Assembly: GCA_040437565.1 (NCBI GenBank)
Contig: JBDOQK010000033.1
Span: 62,001 to 126,000 of the forward strand
Direction of reading: 5' to 3'
From: Albugo candida
Lineage: Eukaryota
DNA length: 64,000 nt
This document shows, piece by piece, positions 14,179 through 26,199 of this stretch (within the stretch, counting starts at the first letter, position 1; every line of letters starts with the position of its first letter). The position numbers and the translations under genes are program-made. Under the pieces are notes generated by a model. The model was not told the origin of the DNA. It saw only the letters and a program-made list of their open reading frames with translations, and searched no databases.

Positions 14179-14583
14179 CTAATTACGCAGCATTTTTATT
14201 ATATTCTTTCGGATTTTCTTCGTTGTGACCAAAACGTTTTTGCTTAATCGTCGAAGGCGATCTGGACTTTTTTTTGTGGCAATATGTCTCTTGTTTGATT
14301 GAGCTCGTTTTACTACGCCATTGCAATTCACACGAAATCGTTTCTTTACAGCTGTCTTTGTGGATAGCTTATAGCCCATGTTGCGAACTGACATGAATGC
14401 CGAAGTAGGATGGAGTGGTTTGGGCGCTGCAAGCAGAAATAATGGGTTTTGCGCTGCTCTGTGTGCGGCTGCACCATACGGAGAGTTTCTCATCCGCTGA
14501 GTGAACATTCTACAATTACATCGGAGAACGAATCAGTACCGCGTGACATGTAGTAACAAAACCCACCGGAGTACATTTGCCAT
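14179..14583 (-). CDS. MRPL35: Mitochondrial ribosomal protein bL35m, nuclear encoded (intron 14510-14566)
   Basis: L35 domain 'KLSTKTAVKKRFRVNCNGVVKRAQSNKRHIATKKS..RLRRL' preceded by an Arg/Ala-rich presequence. The short first exon MANVLR splices in frame. Confidence 0.88.
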
Positions 14584-15062
14584 TGATTGTTTCGCCGCAA
14601 ATTGCAATACCTTCTTTGATCTGATAACCCGTGATACTACATTAATCCCAATATGCTATATTCTTGAGCATGCTCATTTCGGCGGCGTCGACTCATCCGC
14701 ACTGGCCAAAGTCAAAGGTAATTCATGCAACTACAAACGCACATCGACATCTGCATTCTTTAAACAACGATAAGTCTCCCTCAACATATCTACAAACTCA
14801 CTTATTTTATACTCTCAAGAAAACAGCCGCACACTTTGGGTTCTACTCATGAAAACTTTTTTGAATTGTACCGCCTCCATTTTCTTATATCGTACCGCCA
14901 GGCACCACCTTCATTCTTTAACCGCTCCTTGCTGCCGTGCTTCTCTTCCACGACGCATCCTTTGGCAGTGACTCATACCTACGTGAGATTCTTGCTTACT
15001 CGCTCCATCAACGCTGGCCAAAATTTCTACACCAACATCCATCAGAAAGAATTAAGATACCA

Positions 15063-17824
15063 TCAAGCAGGAAACCTCACTTTGTTCTCCGTCTGGTAAG
15101 CTTGAAGCGGCTCACGAACACGCGATACGCTCTTTGTGCTTTCCATATCGGATCTCTTAGCGGACGACCACCTGAATTTGAGAAATTTATGTCCATTTTT
15201 TCGTTTTTCTTCTTTCCGTGACAAAGGTTGCATATACACATTCAATGCAGACGCGACGGGAGCTGATATTCGTGAAAGATGCTCTTCCATTTGGCTTGAT
15301 ACGCTACAGCTTTGATTCCCTCGATCCTCACCATGGAAGCTTCTGGCTGTCGTGTTTGATTGTGGGGCTAAGCATGTTCTTCTTGATACAAGCGATAACA
15401 GCGACATTGTGGTATGACAACTTCCTTCATTTTCAAGTGATGGTGTTCCAGACGGCAGAAGTGAGCGCACTTGGCGACGAGCGTACTGAATCAAATTTGC
15501 CCATAAATTGGCTTCGTCGACATTACCGGTCCTCAAGAGCATCGCGGATTGCTCCAAGCTATTGGTAAATTCCAATTGTAAATCATATCGATTCATCCGA
15601 GCAACTCGAGCCACATGGAGAAGCTCCACGACTCCTAAAGCCGTGTGTTAGCGAAACGGATCACACCTACGTATACAGCATCGACTCACCTCGTAGTGAT
15701 TTCCAATAGCTTCTCTTAAATAAATAAATTTTGCCTTGTGAGAAATCAAGCTGGAAATATCGCTTCCTCCAGCTGCGAAATACCAGCGGTCTAGAAAGAA
15801 CAAGAGTCAAGCTGTAGATTGGCAGGAAAGGTGAATTAGACAAACATGTCGTTCTTAAGGACGTAAAGTGTGCCTTCAAACGGTGGTAGCTTCATTGTGA
15901 TTGCGAAGGGCGGAATCGGTACGGGATGCTGACTCCACTCTTCTTGAATCGAGCCTGATTCCTCTCTTTCAGAAATCGGTGTAGCTGTCACACAATTCGA
16001 GCTGGAAGCCGTTTGTTCGGCATTGAAAGCCTGGTCAAAACATTTGATGAACCAGTGTTTTTCATGGTGGATTTTAGTGATGGCCTCTTGAGCACGAACT
16101 TCTTCATCCGCTAATGCGATACGTTCTTCCATGTCGATTTCATACGATAGTATCTGAAGCTTTTCTCGACGATATCGAGATTGCCTTTGTTCCTTATCCT
16201 CATCTTCATCCATATCCGAGCTTGTGTGAATCCCCTCTTCGTGTATCGGACTGGACGAAAGCATCTGCTCGGATGCTGCGAAGAGGCAAAATGTTTCCAC
16301 AATCATTGTGCCTCGTTCCATTTCCATTCCAATCAAATCGCTTTCGGAATGTAATTTTCGTACCACATTCTTCTCCGCGATTTCGGTATGATTCTGAAGC
16401 AATGTGTTCTTCATACGTGTCATAAACGTTTCTTGTGAGCATGTTCGCGCTCGCTTTTCCTCCAAATTGATATCCTGCGACTCCCAAAACAAATCCAACC
16501 CGAAATTCTGACGAAATAGCTCCACGGTATTTGCTTCATGAACGTCATAGTATCCATGACTTGAGAAAAACTGGATCCCATGCTCTTCATTATGTCTCCC
16601 GTCATAAATTTGCTGCAAATGTGCTTCGAATGGCGTGTCTGTGTCGCTTAACGAGGGACGACGACGTAANNNNNNNNNNNNNNNNNNNNNNNNNNNNNNN
16701 NNNNNNNNNNNNNNNNNNNNNNNNNNNNNNNNNNNNNNNNNNNNNNNNNNNNNNNNNNNNNNNNNNNNNTGGTGGATTTTAGTGATGGCCTCTTGAGCAC
16801 GAACTTCTTCATCCGCTAATGCGATACGTTCTTCCATGTCGATTTCATACGATAGTATCTGAAGCTTTTCTCGACGATATCGAGATTGCCTTTGTTCCTT
16901 ATCCTCATCTTCATCCATATCCGAGCTTGTGTGAATCCCCTCTTCGTGTATCGGACTGGACGAAAGCATCTGCTCGGATGCTGCGAAGAGGCAAAATGTT
17001 TCCACAATCATTGTGCCTCGTTCCATTTCCATTCCAATCAAATCGCTTTCGGAATGTAATTTTCGTACCACATTCTTCTCCGCGATTTCGGTATGATTCT
17101 GAAGCAATGTGTTCTTCATACGTGTCATAAACGTTTCTTGTGAGCATGTTCGCGCTCGCTTTTCCTCCAAATTGATATCCTGCGACTCCCAAAACAAATC
17201 CAACCCGAAATTCTGACGAAATAGCTCCACGGTATTTGCTTCATGAACGTCATAGTATCCATGACTTGAGAAAAACTGGATCCCATGCTCTTCATTATGT
17301 CTCCCGTCATAAATTTGCTGCAAATGTGCTTCGAATGGCGTGTCTGTGTCGCTTAACGAGGGACGACGACGTAAAAGGTACGCTGTTGTTTTCGGTTTAT
17401 GACCGCGAGGCGTCCCATGCCATCGACGTCGTCGACGTCGATGATTCGACGATGCAGAGTATTTATTATCACGCCGAGAAGTCCGACGCTGTAGCGCATA
17501 AACGTTATCTTCAGTAATACTTCTATTCCGAGCCAGGCTCGGTGCATGTTCGAGTCTCTTTGACACTACTTCCAAGCCATTGTCTTCCTCTTCACTCAAT
17601 GATCCCTTGTCCGTATCGCTCTCAGAGTACTCGATACCCGGTATAGATTTTTTCATCGAGTGGATGCTACTAATCGCTACGATATCGAATGGTGTAGCCG
17701 TAGTCGACGTTCGTGCGGAGGAAGCATTATTCTCGATACTATTGCGTGGACGTGCTTGAGACTCGAGCATTTCTCCAGGACATGGAAAAGCAGGAGGGAG
17801 AACGCTTTTGAAAGTTTGGTGCAA
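15063..17824 (-). CDS. PH-domain protein, multi-exon; exact start and end uncertain; internal duplication across the gap is artefactual
   Basis: 'FEGTLYVLK...SWRKRYFQLDFSQGKIYLFK...ELLHVARV...LLRTGNVDEANLWANLI' spells a PH fold across three exons, after a long low-complexity N-terminus. Confidence 0.75.
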
Positions 17825-18117
17825 AGAAAGACAAACTAAATTTAGGACGTTCGAATCCGAAAAAGTAGTACAAAGAATGCGATCTGTAAAGGAGTGTCAA
17901 TCTCACGAGAGAGTGTTGCGACAATTACGAGCAAGCAAACGATTTGACAAATCTTTGTAATTATTACTTTTTATGGAAGAAAAAAAGGACCATGTCAAAG
18001 AGCACGACACAGTCATCTCGACATGGGGTTTCGTCGAGTATTCCCACGCGTTCACTGCTAAATAGGACTCGTATTTCGTTCAAATGCATGCTGGTTGTAG
18101 TATTAACTAAATATGAC

Positions 18118-18756
18118 TTAGTCCGTCTCATGAACGACTTCGATAATCATTCGACCCCAAAGAGCTCTTTTTCCATACATTTTAGCCAAAGGATTTCGTT
18201 TACGTCGTAGTACAAGCGTATCGAATCGCATCATTGGAAGCTCGCACACGCACCAGCGCTTGATTCGAATGACTGGCTGGTGATTGAATAAAGCGCGTTG
18301 TGTCGTGCAAGCTGAGGAGGTCATGCTGGGTGAAACAGTCTTCGCTTCTTGGCTTGACAAAGCCATTAGCGTTGGTGCCCGTGTCGGTTGCTGGAAGCTG
18401 CGTACAAAACTGCATGCTTTATCATTCAAATGATTGGACTTTGACAGTAATAACTCTCCCATACTCACTTCCAAGCCATTCCACTCCAGCACGTACGAGG
18501 AATGATCGCGACTTTGAGGCTCCAAATAAATCTGAACGCGATACAATGCATTCCGTGTAATTTCAATCCGTGTGGAATCCGCCAAAAGCTTGAAAAATCG
18601 ATCTGCTTGAGTGCTGTATTCTGGCTTCTCCCAGATCAGTAAATGATGCGTTGATTCACAGACGTCTTTCTTGACTGTCAACGCAATGTAAACAAGCTTC
18701 TGTTCCGACTTTGACGCAATTTCTTCGCCATTGGTCTCAACCACAGATGTGTCCAT
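18118..18756 (-). CDS. Hypothetical protein (212 aa)
   Basis: Uninterrupted ATG-initiated ORF within the gene-dense block, divergent from the methyltransferase gene; family not recognised. Confidence 0.6.
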   Translation of the reverse strand: MDTSVVETNGEEIASKSEQKLVYIALTVKKDVCESTHHLLIWEKPEYSTQADRFFKLLADSTRIEITRNALYRVQIYLEPQSRDHSSYVLEWNGLEVSMGELLLSKSNHLNDKACSFVRSFQQPTRAPTLMALSSQEAKTVSPSMTSSACTTQRALFNHQPVIRIKRWCVCELPMMRFDTLVLRRKRNPLAKMYGKRALWGRMIIEVVHETD

Positions 18757-18965
18757 TTTTGAGAATGGATTGATTTAGGACGAGGGTGAAATGTGAAAGA
18801 AATTGATGAGAGGTTTTCTCTGTAAATTACGTTGCAGAATGTCGCACATATATCGCCACAACTGTTTACGCGTTTGATGTATCAAAAACGCTATCATTTG
18901 CTTCGCGTTGAGCCCTTTGATGATTGGAGAATCGCCGGGCGATAAACTCATTGGTGGACATTGCG

Positions 18966-20160
18966 ATGCTTTTACAGCGCGTACGAGACGTTTGTTATCC
19001 CCAATACAAGTGCCGTCACAGGCGCTCCACATGGCTGAGGTTGTCCTCCAATACCACTCTTTCTGAGAGCTCTGATGTTCCTCGTCTGAAACGCCATTTA
19101 GGGCAGCATTTACTCGTCTCCAAAAATATCATCGCTTCCATTATCAAAGCCGCCAATTTTCCATTTTTGCTGCATCCAAACTCAAGTGATAATGCCGAAA
19201 AGCGCGATATTCGCGTACTGGAAATAGGCTCAGGAACTGGGAATCTGACTGCATCACTGTTGGATGTCGATCCAAAGGTTCAGGTTCACGGTGTGGAGTG
19301 TGATGCAAATATGATCAAATCTCTTGAGGATAGATTTCAATCTCAATTGGGTACCTCGCAATTGAAATTATATGCAAATCGGATAGAGGAATTGCATCTG
19401 AATGAGATATTTAGTCCTTCACACGGGCTACTGGACGCTGTGGTCGCCAATATCCCCTACCAATTATCTTCTCTCATCATCGCACGGCTCGTTAGCTATA
19501 TACACAAGTATCCAGGCTCTGTGAAATGTATCATACTGCTACTTCAGGAGGAATTTGCTCAGCGTATGCTCGCCACGTAAGCCGTAAACAACGCTCTTAG
19601 TATCGTTTTATTCAGTAGTTTGCCCGGATAGACCGCATCACCAAAATTATGGACGTCTTGCAGTCAACACATCGCTAGTGGGTCATGTGGACACTGTCGT
19701 CAATGTGGGTCCCGAGGCATTCATTCCAAGGCCTCAGGTCGATTCTCGGGTCATCAAAGTGACACCACATCTTCCGCAATTCATTCACGATCCAACTTTC
19801 CTCAGAGTATGCGACACGATCCCATCATACATTTCGTTGATGGCTTTGTGATAGGAATTTGATGCATTGCTTCGAATTTGCTTTTTACGGAAAAATAAAA
19901 CCCTTCGAGCTCTTCTGACATCAAAATCAATGGAACGAAAAATCGTCAGTGAATCGGATTGGAAAAAGAACGTCTTACTGGCTTTAAAAGAGTGCGAATT
20001 GATAAAAAGTCGAGCAGTTCAAACGTCAAAAGATGATTTTCTTCGGTGCGTGCTACTGCGACCACGCGGGAAAGGAACTCATGTATCGTGCTGATAGTTT
20101 GTTTGAGCGTATGAAACAGCTCGGAATTCGATTACTTCCCACCGTTTCGAAGCAATTTGA
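18966..20160 (+). CDS. rRNA adenine N6-dimethyltransferase (KsgA/Dim1/TFB1M family), probably mitochondrial; about three introns (near 19.58, 19.81 and 20.05 kb)
   Basis: 'KRHLGQHLL', SAM motif 'VLEIGSGTGNLT', 'VVANIPYQLSS', 'LLLQEEFAQRM', 'YGRLAVN', 'FIPRPQVDS', 'CFLRKNKTL'; Arg-rich N-terminal extension. Confidence 0.92.
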
Positions 20161-20217
20161 CGAGTAATTGGCAGTACGATTGAATGAAAAACTCATGCAT
20201 GAGCATTTTGTCTACGT

Positions 20218-22520
20218 CTATTGAATTACTCCATCCATACATTGTGAAGTCGCTCCGATGTCGATCGTCCAAACAGCGTGGGATTTGAAAAACTTGCTAA
20301 GTAAGCTTTTCTCTGATTTTGCTGTCAAAAGCTGCTGACTCGGGTACGCCCACACTTTGATCTGAGATGGAGCTATATGAGCAACTTCTTCAAAGTCATA
20401 GAGGAAACCAGCACACTTCCATTTAACTTCATCGAATCCCCCGTTGATAGCGTCCAAATCGATTTCGATAGTGCAGATCTTTGGATCCGAACCGGACAGT
20501 GTCATTGCCCGAAGGCTTACACAACGGCGTCTGGCGCGCTCATGGAGGACCGAGGAATGAGTCGCTGATGAAAGTAACGACGATGCCAATTTACGCATCA
20601 GCCCACCACTTCCTGTATGTGTGCTGGAGCCATTGCACCCCGATGATGTTGTGTTCGAGGTCGTTGACGATGAACACGGTGCCGAATCTTTGGAAAATTG
20701 ATTCCTTGATCGACTACCGGTGCTGCTGAGACTACTTCCGTCACTTTCGTCCTCACTTTGTTCCTCTGTGCTTGTTACATTGCTGTGCTCATCCTCTCGA
20801 CCATTTCCCATGATTTCGGTACCAGGCGACATGAACTGTGAGCCGTTCTTCACGCAAACTCCGGTCGGAGTTTGAGTCAAATGATCGGTTGAATTTGTCC
20901 TTTTATCTATTGCACAAGTCGAATTACTTTTCTCATCTCCGCTTTCCTTAGTGTGCAGCTGTCCTCGAGATAGCAATTGACGTGTCGAGTGGAACGGAGC
21001 GAGTAGTACAGACGATGGACGAGAAGTGGATTGCTGCTGGGCGAATTGTTCAGCAATTTTCGCTTCTGCTGATAGAGCTGCGTCTTTTGCGATTCGCATA
21101 ATTCCCTCGTGCATTGTTTGTTCAAAAAGCAGAAATTGGAGTCGAGTTGCTGCTTCCTCCACCACTCTGATTTCCTCGAGTAAGTCCTTCGTGGAAGCTC
21201 CCTGTTGATTAAGTAGATCTTGAGCGGATTGAGCGATATTGAGATAAACCATGTGCGCTTCAGTGTCAGCCGTCAAAACTGTACTTCCATCTTGCTTGTA
21301 CTTTAAAGCGTCCTGGATTTTGTCCAAAAGGATAAGATGCAGTAGCCGAAGGTAAGAAGCTGATACGTCAGATACATTCTCAGTAGCTTGTGAGCTCCAA
21401 ATGATGTCCAGACGTGACTTGAAGATCATTGTAATGGTGGGAGGGCATATGAGCGATTCCTATCAAAATAAGAAAAGTCGTGAAAACAATCAAAACTACC
21501 AGGGATAGAACTTACCTGAATTTCTGATAGTTGAAACGTTTTGAGCTCGGAAGCGCTGCCTGATTTTACTTGGACTTTTTCTGTAGAGATAAGCTCATCC
21601 AGATGATTGTGTATGTAGGGAAGGGATGCATAAAACTGTTCCCATTTCGCTTGATTCTTTGTATCAACATCTTTATTTGGAAGCGAGTCTTCCTCTTGGA
21701 ATTCACCGAAAGGCGGTATGGAAGAGGAAGAACGATCATAGCTACCAAACTCATCAGAGATTTGAGAGTCCTTGAATGAGGAGCATTGTTCAAAGTCACC
21801 AAAATCATCAGAATCATCCTGGACGTATGCATTATCGAGAATCACTTCCTTCAGATCTTCAGAATGACTATGAGTGAGATCTGATTCTCCAGACGAGAAT
21901 GTTTCCACATTTTGGCTTTCCTCAAACTCACAATCCGCGCTAAAGGCATAAGCATCAAAGGCTCTTTCAGCTTCTGCAGGTAGCTCCCTGATCTGCTCTG
22001 AATCATCGTTAAGATTCCCACTCCTATGAGCTTCAGCTATCCACCCTTCCTCGCTTCCAAATGCGAATGCAGAGCACGCAATCAATTCATCTTGACGTCC
22101 TCTTTCGATGCATTCCCGTAAATTCTCGAGATTTTCGCTTTGAATCAATTCTTGATCGAAATCAATCAGCAAACTCTCATGTTCGTCCGACCTTTGTTCG
22201 TCCTCCGCTTTCGAGCTGTATAGCACACGTTCTTCGCGATTCAAAGCTGCCGGCTCAAAGACCTCAACGTTTAGTAAGCGATCGCTCGTGTTGACAGCCT
22301 CACTGTCTATAGAGATCTGCTCTCTGTTTCCTGGATACAACTCTTCTGTGTGCCTTGCCTCATAATCGCACGGATGATCGCCTCCACCAGTTCTACATCC
22401 AATTTCCAAAGTCTCTATAATTTCGTTGATGATTTGTCTTTCTTCGGAAAGTGACTCGGCCTCACCCTTTGCAGATATCACGCTATTATCACCTATAAAC
22501 ATATCCTCATGACGTGTCAT
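20218..22520 (-). CDS. Acidic protein with FGxF motifs (possible AP-1/clathrin accessory factor); two exons joined near 21.46-21.51 kb
   Basis: Two long abutting ORFs (364 and 403 aa). The acidic first half has DDFGDF, DEFGSY and PFGEF, resembling gamma-ear-binding motifs. Function is inferred. Confidence 0.6.
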
Positions 22521-22865
22521 CGCGAGCGAGCTGCCAAAGCCGTCAGAAGCGTCCGTTACAGGGTCTTTGGATGATACTATAGTTATCGTCCAAAGTTGTC
22601 ACGTGCTCATAAAATTGTACAGGATTTAGGAGCTCATGCGAAAGGCTTTCTTAGTGTCATTTACATCAATTTTCGATATGTAAAAGAGGTCGATTCGCTT
22701 TTTTTTATCAGAATTAGATAGCGCTTCGTTTCGGCTACCCCGTCTTGCACANNNNNNNNNNNNNNNNNNNNNNNNNNNNNNNNNNNNNNNNNNNNNNNNN
22801 NNNNNNNNNNNNNNNNNNNNNNNNNNNNNNNNNNNNNNNNNNNNNNNNNNNCACAGCAGACTGCA

Positions 22866-23290
22866 ATGAATATGCACTTTTAGAAATTGTACGAATGCAA
22901 TTACTTCACTTGGGTGCAATTGAACAATCGTATTCACGTTTGCGGCAATTGGAAGTATCGATACACGACAAATTGAATGCCGCAGCCAAAAACTCTGTGG
23001 AAGGGAAGCATACATCAGGAATGGCGTCTCCAGAAATGGATTGGAACTTGCAAGTAAAGAAACTCAATCAGTGTCGCCAGGAACTGGGAAAAAAAGTTCA
23101 CAATTTAGACCCAACTCGGTCCATTTTTGTGCTGGAAACCTTGCAGGAAAATGTGATGGAAATGCAAATTTTGTCGAAGGAAAGACGTCTTATGTATGAA
23201 GAGACACTGAGGCAGATCAATGCGCACATGATGTGAGCATTCCGTCTTTCACAAACTGCAGAAATGCTCCAAGCTCCATTGTATCCTAAG
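22866..23290 (+). CDS. Hypothetical coiled-coil protein (5' end may lie in the gap)
   Basis: Open helical/coiled-coil-like reading frame right of the gap, with a possible small 3' intron. Confidence 0.45.
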
Positions 23291-25473
23291 GTTGAGTTGC
23301 ACACTGTATTCCTATATTATAATCTGCAAAATATGGACCCAAAGCACTGATTTTCAGTTGCGACTTTGTGAAATTATTAGTGTTTGTAGTCGGTCATGTA
23401 CAGCTATTTTGTATGCGGCTTGGGCGAGAATAGTTGGCCTACATCGATCATGGATATCTACACAGATCTGTAATGTACTACAGCGCTCAAGAAATACTTG
23501 AGGCTTCCGCCTATCTATCGCGTGACTCGTAAAGTTTCGCCAACTCGATTGAACGATGCGAGGAGTAGAGTATGGATGTCGTTGATTTTGATAACCCGCG
23601 AGCAAAGACTAAAAAGCTAGTTTGTTGATCAATTATTTTCTTTTGTCCTCAGGCGTTTACATTGCCTGATAATGAGAATTGTTCGTGGATGTTTCGATTA
23701 GGTCTGCATGACACCTCGTCCTCAAGTAAAAGATACGGCATGAAGAAATGCGGTCATCTAGCAAATTAGTAGTCGAGGAGTATAAGCAATCGATGTAATG
23801 TGTGATCAGTGCATTCGCCAAGCGAAGATCGGCCTTCCATGCTACTAACGCCGTTATGGTAGTTCAAGTTTTGCTTTTGTGTCAAAAACGCACAAGACTA
23901 AAAGTTTCCTATCCATTTTTCCAATGATTTTGTCACCGAAAGAGAAGATAGGCTTGATAGAATTATGTGAACAAAAAGCATGTTCAGCAGCTTCAGAATG
24001 TGGTAATCCTTCTAAACTATAAACGGTTTCCGTTCGATCAGTTCGTCGCCCATGTAGCCAACATGCGGAAGCTACACAAGCACGGAAGAAGGCAATTTGA
24101 AGGGTGGAAGAAATTCTATAACAGCTACAGATTCGATGAGACACGAGTATCTAATGTTCACAAAATAGCATCTGTAGATTGTGTAGATATCTGGTCGGTA
24201 TAAAGTTGACCAAGCAAATGTATACTTTTGTGACTGAGTGGAAATGTAGCAGCTGCAAATGGAAGTGAGCCAGAAATAGGCGATGATTGCGAGAATGCGG
24301 CTGACGTTATTAGTGTGTATGATATAGTTATAGTGCCATTTCTTCTGCCCAAACTCATACTTGGATTCACCATTTCAATCTGATGATCATATTGCACCAG
24401 GCACCATCCTGGAGCCAAAAATCCGAAATCCTTATACGAGTCTGTCAAGTCTTCAAGGGATGTATATCAAACATGAAGGGTTGCATTGAATCGGTATGGC
24501 TTGCTCGTGAGCATACAGAACGTGACGCACCTAAGTAAATCTGTCTAGCAAGGGCTCAAAAACAAGTCTTCGTCAATCATTCATCACCCTCCATTAGCGA
24601 GAACTCAACAATAGAGACTAATAACCCAGGCATCTGAGTGCGAAATTCTACCTACCGTGCTCTGAACAAATGGTATGGCGTGTACTTTAGAGCGTCAATA
24701 TCGACATCAGCACTTGTGATCCGAGAACACGCTTCAGCATTCGGTCAAGCATTGCTTTCACAGGCTGAGATATCTAGAAAGAGCTTGTTGCAGCGTTGGT
24801 GGAAACCGAGATGGCCGTCGTCATACATTGAAATGTATTCTACCTTTCTTGTAACAACTGCGTAATAGCAAGATGAAGCTTCGTACACGGAGGTAATTAT
24901 CCTGCTGTGCATTTGTCGCTGCTATTACACAATATGCAAATCACTTATATCAAAAACCAATGCATATGCTCACATCCATACTCGGGCATCGGGTATCATG
25001 GGCTACAGCAACTGAATTCAAACGAGCTACCTATAAAAGTACAAGTTCTTATAAATGTAGTAACGCAGGAGGAGATCTAGAATTTGATAAGCTTTTGTTG
25101 GGTAAGACAACTACTCGACTCAATTTCAATTGAATTTTATTCATCATCCAGGCTGATAACTCTTAAAACTCAAATGATTTGTTGCCTTGCTTCGTGGTCG
25201 AAAAAAGATACCTCATGTATATGAAAAAACGTAGGCACTTGGCTTTATTGCAAAAGGAAACCCTCTTTGGCTAGAATTGGTTACTTCAATCAATCTTATC
25301 AATTTGAGAATTCGAGACATTGACCCCCCCGTCGTTTCTTTTCTGTTATCTTTATCATATGTGTAGATATTAAGAATATGAATATGTATATATAGACAGA
25401 CACAACAGCTCGTAATCAGAATAGACTTCCATTCGAAACGACGGGCATCTAAAGCTATATAGCTCAAATAAGT

Positions 25474-25935
25474 ATGGAATGTCCACAATCTCAAGATACT
25501 CTACAGCGACTAAAGAAAATACAGCAAGAAATACCCAGCATCTTGATTCAGCTTCAAGTTGCTTGGCGAAGGTGCGGAAATGATTGCATGTGTGAAGAAC
25601 AAGCGTTGGAACTAGTAGAGAGAGGGGAAAACCTAATCACAAAACTGAATTTTATATTTACGCGGAAACAAATGAGCATAGACTCACTCGATCGTCAGCA
25701 TGATATGCTTGATGAAATTTTATCAGATTTTGAGAATTACCGCCTTTTTTTGAAAAAAATTGTCTCATCACAAAATGCGAAGTTTAAAAAAAATGACAAA
25801 ATGCCAATAACAAAGCTAGAAAAATATTTAGCAAAGTCTGGAGAAGAAATTAAGGAGATCTGTAACGATCTTCCGTCAATGGCAAAGTATTTTGAAGTTG
25901 TGGCTCCATGTTTTACTGACTACATGTTGACTTGA
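25474..25935 (+). CDS. Hypothetical protein (153 aa)
   Basis: ATG-initiated uninterrupted ORF with helical composition; no family recognised. Confidence 0.4.
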   Translation: MECPQSQDTLQRLKKIQQEIPSILIQLQVAWRRCGNDCMCEEQALELVERGENLITKLNFIFTRKQMSIDSLDRQHDMLDEILSDFENYRLFLKKIVSSQNAKFKKNDKMPITKLEKYLAKSGEEIKEICNDLPSMAKYFEVVAPCFTDYMLT

Positions 25936-26199
25936 AATGAATAATTATATGACTAATAGATTTACTGCAAGAAGCCTTCCTGTCATTCCTTCTAATCCTA
26001 AATCACTGATTCTGCAAACAAAACAAACTTAAGCCCACATGAACAGTTCAAATTTGCAGTAATTTTCCGGAATCGCCACAAGGATACAAGAGCATGCTCG
26101 CTTACTTACAAGATACAATAAAATCAATTGATCGCGATCGCAACTAAAAAATGTAAACAATAAATCCGGTTTGGCCTAATTCGCTTGCATTTCAACCAG

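Noticed and set aside
16065-17374. Direct duplications flanking N-gaps (also about 4.8-5.5, 7.2-8.0, 37.75-38.2, 55.2-56.3 and 59.0-60.4 kb)
   Set aside because: Each is a near-identical repeat directly either side of a fixed 100-N gap, so these are scaffolding artefacts, not tandem gene duplications.
23850-24970. Possible decayed secreted-protein gene on the minus strand (MHWFLI*...CVIAATNA)
   Set aside because: No diagnostic motif or continuous frame; insufficient support.
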